A stretch of 63,969 nucleotides of DNA, the filler included, from Octopus bimaculoides (lineage: Eukaryota): the NCBI RefSeq assembly GCF_001194135.2. It is 3 parts of 3 records of this genome, joined end to end, with 100 filler letters (N's around TTAATTAATTAA, not from the genome) between each part and the next. Parts side by side here need not be neighbours in the genome. Positions count along the whole stretch, not along the records: positions 1 to 23,500 come from NC_068993.1; 2 more parts are not named here. The stretch is one strand, 5' to 3'. This document shows positions 1 through 12,582 of the stretch, in pieces. The notes beneath the pieces are model-generated. The model was not told the origin of the DNA. It saw only the letters and a list, made by a program, of their open reading frames with translations, and searched no databases. Each line of letters opens with the position of its first letter. Within the stretch, counting starts at the first letter, position 1. The position numbers were made by a program, and so were the translations under genes.

Positions 1-670
1 CTTGTCGTGTTTTCCTTATACATATCAGCTCCTGTGTCTCTTTTCAACCTTCTACATACATTCATATTCGCACATAGATACCTATATATATATATATATA
101 TATGTACAGATCGGGTTGATCCGGTGAAGGAAGTCGGTTGCATGCACAATGTTTTCGAAGCTGATATGAAAGTAAAGAAAGCAGATGAACGAAAGTAGAT
201 ATCAGGAGAATATACCAATGGAATAGAAATACACTAAAATAATGAAGTAATAATCCTGTCTTTATCTATTTGGCTTATTTCTATTCGCAACTTTTTGAGA
301 AGGACCGAGAGAGCAAACTTGGGTGGTGTGGTCGGTGGAAGTCGCATGTTGACAGTCTGTAGGGGATTGGTGGTAGACAAAAATGTCAACGTCATCGGAG
401 AAGTTCTGAGAACCGATCAAAAGAAATTACCTTTGGAAAACTATTTTTTATTCTTGCAAGAAAAATATAGCTTGTTGCCTAAAATAACCGATGTTAATAT
501 AATAACCGTATTACAATATATCTGCTAACATTGTATACTCTGAATAGACGTGAATAATTTTACTCATTCAATTAATATTTTTTTTATTTTTGTTTCTCTT
601 TGAAATATTCTTTTAGGTAAATGAAAATAACAAATTTGAAGAGAAGTTCTAAAATATCTGTGTTGTTACA

Positions 671-722
671 ATGGATGAAAACGAAGAATATCAACTGGAA
701 TCAAAAGCACAAACATCTACAC
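671..722 (+). CDS. SLC22 gene A exon 1 ([17 protein letters not shown])
   Basis: ATG at 671 and donor GTAAAT at 723; the phase-1 end matches the phase-1 acceptor at 1854. No homology support, so phase logic only. Confidence 0.55.
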
Positions 723-2288
723 GTAAATAATTATATATGTTCCAATTACGACTCGTTCATAAACTTTCTTATGAACTAATTATTTTAATAATTGATTAAC
801 GTGTTAGAAAGTATTTTAACCCGAGAAATGTTTTGTTTTGTTCTAGTGGATTTATATGTGCACTGATTGTGATTTAGTTTATTTAAGGAAAGAAAAAGTA
901 ATAATATAAAATTTAATACCTGGATAATATTTCGACACCAAATTTTATAATCATATTCGAACAAATAAGTCGAGATTTTATCCTTTGCTAAACATTCACA
1001 AGATTTATTGTGAATAATTCTTAACATTCCTCTCTGCGTTGATATTAGTAAGTATGCAACACCAGTCTGGAATTGAACAAACGTACGCCTTCAGTAAAAC
1101 ATTGATAGGGTTTCTGTCCCGACGATAATCTGTCGAACCAACATTGATTTCAATCAAGAACATCAAGAGGTTGGATTTAGAAAACTGAAAATATCCTCAT
1201 AAAAATTGATAATGAAGTAGCGAAAAATGATGAACAAATAGCAATGATTTGGGTACGTAAACAACAGATGTTAAGGGAAACAGGAAAGCTAGGCGATTAG
1301 CAAAAGAAGAAAGACAAAAAGAAAGAAGATAAACTACTACGTTGTGAATCTTTCACAAGTCAAATGAAACATTCCATATACACGGTGTAGTAGCATAAAT
1401 AACAAGATGGATTTTACTTTCTACATTGCTTCATTGTAAGACCAATGGAATGATGTTTTTTTCACGTGGCTTACGTCAAATTTAAAGTAAATTCACACAA
1501 ATAGTTTTGATTACTTGAGGATAAACCTCATATCGTTATGCAACTATAATATACTACAAAGCATATTAAACGTTTTATAAGTCAATGCTGTGTCCTACTG
1601 TGTTAGCAGTGCTATTAAATCACATGTTGAGGTTAACACAGTTGGAAACGGTATTGCTCAGTGCTGGCTATAACTTCAATTGAAAATCTGGAGAGATAAC
1701 CTTAACAAATAATTCTAATATCAATATTTCTATCTACAATGTAATTTTATTGAACAACAAAGCCCATTACGAAGTATTTTCATTTTGATATTTATATAAT
1801 TAATATTATAATAATATGTATATATCACATGGTTTATATTATTAATTTTTCAGGTATATCAGATAAAGATATTACACACATTTTAGAAATATGTGGTAGT
1901 TTTGGACCTTATCAGCACTGGTTATTAACTTATATTTTTATGATATGGATGCTGACAGAATTTCCGGCGGTGAACATGACATTTCTCACAGCAAGCGTTC
2001 CTTTCTTATGTTATCCACCAAATTGTAATGCTTCGTTAATTCCTGCAAATCTTACAGAGAATGAATATTTGCAAATGCTTCAACCAGACGGCGACGATCA
2101 GTGTTCTGTATATAACAATAGTTTCACTGGGACATATTATACAACACCACCAAGTAATTCATCTAAACTACAGTGTCCTTATGGACGGAAATTTCTGACG
2201 GAGGAGTTTTCTACAATTGTAAGCGAGGTGAGTGAATGAATGAATCGATTAACTAATTGCTGTATTACAATATACACATGTATATACC

Positions 2289-2377
<89 letters not shown>

Positions 2378-5300
2378 ATGCATGCATGTATGTATGAATG
2401 TATACGTGTGTAGGAGTATCTGTGTGTGTATATATATATATATACATACACACATATGTGTTTGTATATATGTATGCATATATATTCGTGTGTGTGTGTG
2501 TGAGAGAGAGAGTATTTGTCAAGAAGTAGAGAGTATTTTTTCCAGCTTCAAAATTTCGAAACCCAAAGAGTACCGCATCAGGAATAGTTAGCAGGAAACA
2601 GGGTCAATAGGTGGCTGCTGATAACCAGCGTAGATCTAGTGAAAATCTTATCTTAAGTACTCAAAGAATTTAAGTACAAGAGTGTTTAGAAGCTGTTTTT
2701 ATAGGCTGATATTAGGGTGTTTGTATCAGAAAGTAATCAGACAATTCCTAGGCGTTGGTGACTATATAGACTTGTTAAAGTTATGGCTTAATAGTAAGAA
2801 CGATTTCAATTGTTTTTTTGTTTTTTTTTTGTAAATATTTTGATTTCATAGTAATTGTTCAGAAATATCTAATTTAATTATAGATAATATTTGCGAAAAT
2901 TTTTGTTTGATTAACCAATGCGACATTACCTATAAAAACCAAACTATTTGTTCCTCGAAATAAAGAGCAATACTAAGTAAATACCCCGAGCTGTATAATT
3001 CCATATTTAAACAAAAAGTGAGTGAAATTCTTGATTTTGTAATCTGATATCATTTATTTTCTGACAGTTTGATTTAATATGTGAGAGAAAATGGTTAAAA
3101 TCCACTTTGCAGTCGGTTTATTTTGTTGGTTATCTTGTTGGATCAATTGTATTTGGGATTTTATGTGACAGGTGAGAGACTTTTCTTTGTATTAATATCT
3201 CTGAATGTCATATCCTTTCTTCTGCTTCATACTGACACAAAAACACAATTTTTCATCACCGGTGACGATGCTACAGCATCATTCTGAGATCACGAATAGA
3301 GCCTGGTGGCGGATGAACAAACCTGGCGGCGATAGAACGCTGGAGTTTGTCTCTTTCGCTCAGAGTGTGTGACACATAGGCACTGAGGTTTTGGACCTTA
3401 TCTATCAAATAAAGGTGATGGGCAATAGTATAATGAGAGCATCCCTAGTGGCTTGGCGCATTCGCGCGGATCCTTGAGGATGAGCCAGTTTAATTGAGGC
3501 AGATATACTCACGAATACATACAGGTACATGACTCACTGTCAAATATCGTTTTAATTTTTGTGTTCCAAACAGAATTACGTATGAAATATATTCTTATAT
3601 TTTAGCGCATGTGTAATACATATGTAAACAACATAAGATTGGTCATGTAATGTAAAGTTTATTGTTTTACAGGTTTGTCACCAGTCTGTTATATTATGGA
3701 GTAACTCTTAATTCTGTTGATGTGGCAGGAAACCACTATTTAAACTACTTGTTGCTGGCAGTTGTTGAATTGCCATCCCTTTTATTCTGCTGTTATTTGT
3801 TTACACGTTTTGACCATCGCAAGCCTATTAGTTTCATTATGATGTTTAGTGGATTAAATTGCATTGTCTCAAATTTTGTAACCGAAGGTAATGTATATCA
3901 TAATTTTTTTAATAATTTATACACTTTTATTTTATTTTTCAGGGAAATCATTATTGAGTTTTAACTTATATAAAATCGATATTTGAATCAATTTTGTAAT
4001 GAGTACTTTTTTAGGTTGTGTAAAACAAAAAAAGGTTCACAAATATATTGTAACAAATACCTGGTTATGATTCACTAATACTGAACTACAAATGTGCTTT
4101 TCGATACAAATTTATTAATTCATGAAGAACTATGAAGAAAAGCATCACACGGAACGAGAAAATGAATTCACCATATTCTTACTGGATTTTAATTCTATAC
4201 CGCGTGATTTAGGTGGCGAGCTGGCAGAATCGTTGCCGCGCCGAACAAAATGCTTAGCGGCATTTTTTCCAACTTTTTGCTCAGAGTTCGCCTTTCATCC
4301 TTTTGAAGTCGATAAAATAAGTACCAGTTGAGTACTAGGGTCGATGTAATTGACTTAACCACCGCGAAATCGCTAGCCTTGTGCCAAACTTTGAAATTAA
4401 TATTATGCCATGTGCTTGCATACATTTGTTGTACAGTCAATATGTCGGTGATAGATCTTCCATCTCTTACCAAATTATATAGACCTGATTAATAATCAAT
4501 AGCATTTTGATATACCATCTTTCGAATTGCTCAACAATCGTAGGGTCTTTGTTAGGGTTCTCAAACTAATTACATTACGCAATTATCTGGTTGAGTTATA
4601 TTATACGAATTGTTACGATATGTTCCGGATGATAAGAGACTCGAAATAATTTTCTTTTTATAAGATGAAGATTTGGCATTTATTTTAGACACGAAATTCT
4701 TTGACTTAACAAAAATCATTTATAGTCATATACGATGCAGGATTACATGAAAATGTTCTTTTACGCTAATGGATATTTATTTTTTTACATTTCATAATAC
4801 CTGTGATTAGATTTCGATTTTATATTTTAGGTTCATTCTGGTTTCCTGTTATCTTGGTTGTTCTAGTAAAGTTTGGAATCTCTGCAGCTTTTGCTTCAAA
4901 CTATCTCTTATCAGCAGAAATATTCCCAACAGTTGTTCGGTAAGTGTTATTCTGACTTTCTTTGTGAAAATGTTTAAGTTTCACTTAAACCAAGTTGATA
5001 AATTTTCAAATTATTTATCGTAAATTTCGGTTGTTGCGGTACAATACCTGTATCAAGCGCAACAATTTCACATTTCACCCAATTATTACTAATTTGCTCG
5101 CCACCTCACCATGACTTTACTGCTTCACCGATTCAGTGCATGTTTTAATCGTTTTACCATCAAATTAATATTTGAACCTGTCGCTATAGGAGTTATTCAT
5201 CCCATCATGAATCTATCATTTCATTTTTTATACTATGTGATTACGTCAAACCATTTCATTGTATGTTTCGCTCGTCTATCAATGATGAACTTCAACACCC

Positions 5301-5866
5301 TGTTACTGATTAACGATGGGGCACAGAGTAGAGAACTGTATTTACCAATAGACAATGAGCCGTCAAGTAAACGAGACATAAGTTCATTGATGGATATATT
5401 ACATCAGTCTATGATATAATTAGAAATAATCTCAAGAAAAGAATGAGGCGATTGGCACCACTGATTATTTAGTATGGCTGAGTGCACATTTTCCACTGCA
5501 AAGATATTAGTATTCAATAATCTTTCAATACTACAGGCTGATCAGACTTCTTCAGTATTCCGGTTATTTTCCTTTGCTTTTATGTAGAAATGAATTATTA
5601 AAACAAACGAAAGAAATGAATCCTACCAGATTATATTAACCTATATTATTTTTGTTTGCAGAACAAATGGGTTAGGTATATCTTCCGTTTTTTCCTGCGT
5701 CGGTTCTATAAGTTCACCCTTTATACTGCAACTTTCATTCTATGCCAAATGGCTTCCTCTCAGTATCTACGGCGTTCTCTCAGTTATATCCAGTATACTG
5801 TTGCTATTCTTGCCAGAAACAAAAGATAAAGACTTGCCACAAACCTTTGAAGATTTGGACAACTAG
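671..5866 (+). CDS. SLC22-family (organic cation/anion transporter-like) gene A, 6 coding exons, 352 aa, internally deleted (no TM3-TM6/central loop)
   Basis: Exons 671-722, 1854-2227, 3068-3171, 3673-3887, 4831-4939, 5662-5866, all GT-AG and phase-consistent (1059 nt). Motifs: GSFGPYQ, TIVSE|[44 protein letters not shown]. The exon sizes 104/215/109 match the paralog in this window. Confidence 0.85.
1854..2227 (+). CDS. SLC22 gene A exon 2 (TM1 + large Cys-containing extracellular loop)
   Basis: ttttcag acceptor; ends TIVSE|gtgagt; ORF 1829-2239. Confidence 0.9.
2283..2520. repeat. (TA)n(TG)n compound microsatellite, representative of dozens in the window (e.g. 12500-12580, 28380-28575, 59500-60060)
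   Basis: Direct inspection. Confidence 0.9.
3068..3171 (+). CDS. SLC22 gene A exon 3 (FDLICERKW...GILCD, TM2)
   Basis: 104 nt, ctgacag acceptor, gtgaga donor. Confidence 0.9.
3673..3887 (+). CDS. SLC22 gene A exon 4 (TM7-TM9)
   Basis: 215 nt, ttttacag acceptor, gtaatg donor, [25 protein letters not shown]. Confidence 0.9.
4212..4396 (+). mobile_element. SINE family A (other copies at about 22725-22905 -, 38350-38510 +, 41800-42030 -, 54480-54690 -, 56545-56705 -, 56740-56945 -)
   Basis: Shared ggcgagctggcagaatcgtt...gttctgagttcaaattcc...tttcatcctttcggggtcgataaa...agtaccag. Confidence 0.8.
4831..4939 (+). CDS. SLC22 gene A exon 5 (TM10, [10 protein letters not shown])
   Basis: 109 nt, ttttag acceptor, gtaagt donor. 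Confidence 0.9.
5662..5866 (+). CDS. SLC22 gene A exon 6 (TM11-12, LPETK, stop)
   Basis: tttgcag acceptor; [20 protein letters not shown]...[18 protein letters not shown]. Confidence 0.9.
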
Positions 5867-5993
5867 AAAACATGAAAATATTAGTAAAATTCGGAAACTG
5901 TTTTCAATGACAACCAAAAGAAGAAAAATAATGTTTTCGACTGAATATATTGGAGAATTTCAGTTTTAAGGACTCTCAGCGTTGATATTTTAC

Positions 5994-5999
5994 AATAAA
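5994..5999 (+). promoter_or_regulatory. Candidate polyadenylation signal of SLC22 gene A
   Basis: AATAAA about 130 nt after the stop; a second copy at 6125-6130. Confidence 0.4.
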
Positions 6000-7815
6000 T
6001 GTTCTTGAAAACAAAATCAAATGATCTCATGTGAATTTTAAAATATTTTGTTTTGAAAATTTCCATATATTAAGTGATGTTGACTCAATACATTGTAACA
6101 TTTTGATGGAGTAAATTCCAGTGAAATAAATCAGTTACATTGAATATTTTGTTGTCCTCAAAGTATTACGAGTGAGACTGGAAGTCACCTTTTAAATAGC
6201 ACATCGAAACTGTATGATTTCTATTTAATAACAGCCGATATAAAAGTCGGTCGGTCGGTCGGTTGGTTTGTTGGTTGAATGATTTCTCCAGTCATGCATT
6301 ACGTCGTAGAGGCGAGTGAGCGTACCACCTAAGAGGTGGAGGATGAGTGAGTGCACATACTAGGTTTTGTGGCAAGTAACGAATAAAGAAGCGTTACACA
6401 CACACACACACACACACACNNNNNNNNNNGAGTGAGTGCACATACTAGGTTTGGTGGCAAGTAACGAATAAAGAAGCGTTACACACACACACACACACAC
6501 ACACAGTGAGAGAAAGAATCATAGAAACAGAGAAGGGGGAGAAGGAGATAGGAGGGGGATGGAATGGATCATATATCTATATATCACATATATATATCTA
6601 TAATATAAATTGAAGTTGGCTGACCGTTGTATTCTTTCTTGTCTTGAGGTTCACGGCCAAACGGCTGGGTGGATTCGCATGAAAAATGGTACACATGTGG
6701 AGACGGGTTCATTGATTGGAATGCGCTTTCTATTTTTTTCCTAGCCACCATACTTACAGAGAAAATCGATTAAAACAACCTGCGTGCGTGTATGTCACTG
6801 AAGCCATTGTTGCATACATATAATAAATAAATAAACTGAATGATAAATTTCAGTTATCTCTCTCTTTCTTTCTTTCTCTCTCTCTCTCATATACACATAC
6901 ACCATCAACATTACTCTCTCTGTCGCGCACACCCCATCAAACATACACACTCACACACACACAGACATACGCACGCACATCAATTATCCCCTCTCACCAC
7001 AACTTCAAAAGAAGTTCAGTCATAAAACTATCCATGTCTCTTCATTCGTCGCCCACTTCAAAAGATCGCCTTTCCTTTTCACTTGTCCGGCCATTGATCG
7101 AGAGATANNNNNNNNNNNNNNNNNNNNNNNNNNNNNNNNNNNNNNNNNNNNNNNNNNNNNNNNNNNNNNNNNNNNNNNNNNNNNNNNNNNNNNNNNNNNN
7201 NNNNNNNNNNNNNNNNNNNNNNNNNNNNNNNNNNNNNNNNNNNNNNNNNNNNNNNNNNNNNNNNNNNNNNNNNNNNNNNNNNNNNNNNNNNNNNNNNNNN
7301 NNNNNNNNNNNNNNNNNNNNNNNNNNNNNNNNNNNNNNNNNNNNNNNNNNNNNNNNNNNNNNNNNNNNNNNNNNNNNNNNNNNNNNNNNNNNNNNNNNNN
7401 NNNNNNNNNNNNNNNNNNNNNNNNNNNNNNNNNNNNNNNNNNNNNNNNNNNNNNNNNNNNNNNNNNNNNNNNNNNNNNNNNNNNNNNNNNNNNNNNNNNN
7501 NNNNNNNNNNNNNNNNNNNNNNNNNNNNNNNNNNNNNNNNNNNNNNNNNNNNNNNNNNNNNNNNNNNNNNNNNNNNNNNNNNNNNNNNNNNNNNNNNNNN
7601 NNNNNNNNNNNNNNNNNNNNNNNNNNNNNNNNNNNNNNNNNNNNNNNNNNNNNNNNNNNNNNNNNNNNNNNNNNNNNNNNNNNNNNNNNNNNNNNNNNNN
7701 NNNNNNNNNNNNNNNNNNNNNNNNNNNNNNNNNNNNNNNNNNNNNNNNNNNNNNNNNNNNNNNNNNNNNNNNNNNNNNNNNNNNNNNNNNNNNNNNNNNN
7801 NNNNNNNNNNNNNNN

Positions 7816-7865
<50 letters not shown>

Positions 7866-8110
7866 GTGACAGGCTTCTTTCAGTTTCTGTCTACCAAATT
7901 CACTCACAAGGCTTTCGACAACCCAGGACTTTAGCAAAAGACACTTGCCCATGGGGATGCACAGTGGGACTGAACCTGAAACAGTGTGGTTGAGGAGCAA
8001 AGTTCTTAACCACACAGCTATGCATGCAGCTAAATGTAAACATAAGTAAAGAATGATGCTTAAAAGAAAACCAGTCACAGAAAGATTTGAGTAACAAAAT
8101 GGGAAAACAA

Positions 8111-8116
8111 TTTATT
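8111..8116 (-). promoter_or_regulatory. Candidate polyadenylation signal of SLC22 gene B
   Basis: AATAAA on the minus strand about 40 nt after the stop. Confidence 0.5.
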
Positions 8117-8154
8117 AAAATACTAAGTATAAAAATTTAAATGTTAGAAATAAT

Positions 8155-8248
8155 TTAAGTCATGTCAACTTGTTCGTCTGAAGAAGAATTGGGTTTCTCA
8201 TTTTTCTTGGATATCATTTTAACACCTTCCTCTTTACAAGGTTCAGAT
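8155..8248 (-). CDS. SLC22 gene B exon 9 (C-terminal tail, stop)
   Basis: cttttcag acceptor; SEPCKEEGVKMISKKNEKPNSSSDEQVDMT*; phase 2 matches exon 8. Confidence 0.75.
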
Positions 8249-10098
8249 CTGAAAAGAAGTAAAATATAAGACATTAAGACCTTTAACAAGTCATAGCCAT
8301 GGTAACAATCAAGGTAGATACAATCCTTTATTCAAATACGGGTCCTTTTTATGAGAAACCCTCTCACAAACATCATCATCATCAAATATATTATCAAACT
8401 GGTGTCCTCATCTTGATAGTGGCTTTTCACTACGTTTTGGTTGTTGCATACTCCAGCCATCTTCAGCTGTCTCCTTGGTGCATTACCTAGGATTGAACCC
8501 AGAACATCCAGGTAACTGCACTGCATTCCCAACACCTTTATCTATGCAATGCCTATAGGCAGTGACAGGGTGAATTTTTAAGGCTTATAAACCTGAGTTC
8601 AGTGGTGATGAGGTGTCTAGGTGACCCCTGAAGGTACAAGGGGGCTATAAGAGAGAACCTTTTAGAAAATATGCCATTTCCCTGTTAGCAAAGATTGAAC
8701 AAGTGCATATCATTGAGATGGTTTTATAGAAGGATGCCCTCCCTGTTACTAACCCTTAATTTTTCATGTAAGGGATTTTTTTTTTTCTGTAAAGTCTGGT
8801 ACTTATTCTATCATTCTCTTTTGCTGCACAACTAAGTTACAGGGGCATAAACACACCACTGCTAGTTGTCAAGCAGAGGTAGTGGGGGGGGGGACAAACA
8901 CAGACACACACACACACTGAACTACCAAATCCACTCACATGGCTTTGGTCAGCCGAAGGACATAGTAGAAGACTCTTGGCCAAGGTGCCATATAGTAGGA
9001 CTGAACTCAGAACCATGTGGTTGGGAAGCAAACCCCTAACCACAGAGCCATGCTTGCACTGATATATTTACTTTGAATATCAAACAATATAATATTTTAC
9101 CTTATATATTTTGTACTTTCATTTATGGTATCAGGCATTGCTTTGCCTTTGGTCTCGTAAAGTAAAAGACTCAAAGCTCCTGATGATATTGACAAAAGAC
9201 CAAGAACAATCAAAGGCCAAGGTCCTGGAAATTCTAGAATATAAGGAGAAATTGCTCCACCAATACTGGCAAATATACTTGCTGTTCCGAGTGCAATGTT
9301 TCTGAAAAAGAAAGGAAGTAAATCAAATAATTTGTTTTAACATTTTTATGTGAGAGTAGATCTTGTCCATGGCCTTGATGTCCAAGCTGTCACCCTGATT
9401 GTCCATCTGTTGTCATTCAGTTATGCGATGTGGCCAACCCATCTATATTTATTTTATATTTATCTTTAGTTTTGAGTAATTAACATGTAGAAAACGAAAC
9501 TACAGGTCACCCTAAGTAATATCAATAACTTTTTATTTTCATTCTTCACTTTCATTCTTAACTTTTAAAATAATGAAGAATTTATTGATATAATTGTCAT
9601 TCTAAAGTTGGAATTTGGAATATATATTAACATGGAATTATGATGAACACTTTTGACTTAGATCACTTTAAAATGGAACGTTTATATCACAGAATCAGGA
9701 ACAATCTCAGACAAGTTAGTATTAAATAGGTAAACCTTACCTTACAGTGGTTGGGAATAATTCAGCGCTGTAAATATACACAATACCGAAAGCTGCTGTG
9801 GAACCAAACTTTCCTATAGTTGCCAGAGTTTGCTTCAACCAATGAAGATCTGAAATAAGAAGAATTTCATTATACCCAACACCCACATAAACACACATCA
9901 TGCTTCATTCAGTTTCCGCTTAACAGATCCACTCACAAGACTGGTCAGTTCAGGGCTAAAATAGATGCTTGCTCAAAGCTGATGCTCGCATGGGGACAGC
10001 ACAGGGTGGAGAGGACTTTTTATTCATGTCAACAATACCAGTTTCAGATTTTGGCACAAGGCCAGCAATTTCTAGAGAGGTGGGGGAAAGAAGAGAGG

Positions 10099-10134
<36 letters not shown>

Positions 10135-12504
10135 ATGCAGAGACAATAAGAGAAAGATAGATTTACAAATCGGTAACGACTTACATGGAGGCATAAGACT
10201 GCTGGCTATGCATGTGACGCCACCGAGGAACATGAAGAAACAGAGAATCCTCTTCCTTCCCAGTTTTGATAACATGGGGATGCACAAGAGGTAAGCTGGT
10301 ATTTCCACAAGAGCAGACAAACTGAAGTTCAAATAAATATTGCCAGCAAAATTCACAGAGTTTATTGACAATCCATAATAGAGCAAACCATTGACAAGCC
10401 TGGAAAACAAAAAAAATAACAGAAAATAGAGTAAATTGTAGAATTCATTTAAAAAGTGGTCTGTTATGTTGGCGGCAGTGGTGGTGGTCATCATCACTGT
10501 TGTTCTCATTGTCGTCATCATCTTTGTCATGGAAAAAAAATTCAGTCAAATAAAACAAAAATTAATAAAGAGGACCCCCAACATTCTCCCTAGTTTTCTA
10601 CTCACCAAGCAAACCAAATATTCAGTGAAGTCTTGGACATCGTCCATGTATTTAGGAGATGAAGAATGGTATATGTTTTGGTGCTTTCAACATCAGATTC
10701 TTTTATTTTGGTGGTGAACTCTTCTGGAAGGGCACATTTGTTTAATTTAGCAATCCGCTTGATGATGCGGTTAACCTGGAGGAATTTTTTTCTGGTCATC
10801 AACCAACGGACAGATTCAGGAAGAAACCTAAATAAAAATTATCAAAATACTCAAATACTTAGGTTAATCCATTATTCAACGGGATTTGAGATTAGGAAAT
10901 TTATATTAAACAGAAAAAGGAAAGGAATAAGATAGAAAAAAATGAATGGCATAGTGTACAGCTTTAGTTGCCTGCAACTCAGAACACAAATGCAAATGTA
11001 TTGAGAAATATGTAAGTCTTAATTAATGAAGCATCTCCAAGCAAATTCATCAATCTATTTCATAAGGGTTCCAAATTCTGGCACAAGGCCAGCAATTTTA
11101 GGGGAGAGGGTAAGTTGATGTAATCAACTGCAGCACTTGACTAGCCACAGGTAAACAAGCAGGCAGACAGATTGACAGGTTGGCAGAGTGACAGATCAGT
11201 GGTTCCCAAAGTGGGCAGTATTGCACCCCATGGAGGTGGTGGAAAGTTCCAAAGGGGCGTTGAAGAAAAGTGGGGCAATAATGGGGTAGCGATTCATGTA
11301 GAAAGTGGGGTGATAATGGAGTAGAGGATTCATGTAAAAGCAAAATAATGTGAAATACAGTTGCTTTGAATTTGCTTTGGAAAGAGCCCTATGTTTGTGG
11401 TGGTTAGTTAGAGTGGGGGCACTAAGAATGTGACCCGGGTGTCAAGGGGGTGGGAGCCCGAATAAGTTTGAGAACCACTAAGATAGACAGACAGACAGAC
11501 AGACTGATAAACAATCACAGTTAGATAGACAGACAAACTGACAGACAGGCAGGCAGGCAGACAGACAAACTGATAGACAGTGAGTTAGACAGGCTGACAA
11601 AGAAACTGATAGACAAAGACAGGCAGGCTGACAGACAGGCAAACAGACATATAGACAGATAGACAGACAGACAAGCAGTCAGACAGACTATCAAGCAGAC
11701 TGTTACACAGATAGACAGGCAGACAGACTGACAGACAGTCACAGTCGGACAGACAAACTGACAGAGATAGACAAACAGACTGACAAAGTCAGATTTAAAC
11801 TGAAGACAGACAGACAGACAGGCAGATGGTCAATAAGGTATCATGAACTAACTCGGTTACAATGTAATATGGCGTAAACCTTACCACCAATATGGTATGA
11901 AGAGGAGACAGATCAAACTGATAATCAGAACAAGATGGTGCCAGTCACGTACAAAATAGCTGAGAGCAGCTAAAAGTATTGCTGCCACGCTGAACACACA
12001 GTGAAGAATGAAACCAAACATCATTCGGTACTTCGGTCCAATAATTTCCATTACTGTAGAAAGAGAGAGACATAAAAGGTGTTAACATTGATGGTGGCGG
12101 CGGCAGTGGTGGTGGTAGTGGTGATGATGGTAATGGTGGTGGTGGTGGTAGTGGTGGTGGTGGTGGTGCTGCTGCTGCTGCTGGTGAAATAGTAAATTCA
12201 TGATGGTGCTGTGGTAGTTGTATACTATACTAGGATATATATCTAGTGGTGGTGTCTAGTGGTATGGAATGGTGGGATTACAGTGTTGTTAGAATGATGT
12301 TGGGTGGCCAAAATTTGGTAAAATAAGTCTATGCTCTGATAGAGCATGATATAGTATGGTGATGCAGGCTTGGTTAAGTGGTTAAGAAGTTTGCCACACA
12401 ATCATGTGGCCTTCGGTTCAATCCCACTGCATGGAATGCGTGGTGTGTGTCTTGTGGCTATCCCCTCCTAAAAAAAGGGGAATAGGCCTGAGTATATATA
12501 TATG

Positions 12505-12582
<78 letters not shown>

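Noticed and set aside
6340-6505. Apparent direct repeat gagtgagtgcacatactagg...acacac
   Set aside because: The copies flank a 10-N gap; unmerged contig overlap.
7020-8078. Long ORFs in the track spanning N runs (also near 17769-19046, 21792-22634, 57205-58094, 58613-59352)
   Set aside because: The length comes from X residues; only the Tx1 portion at 17769-18106 is real coding sequence.
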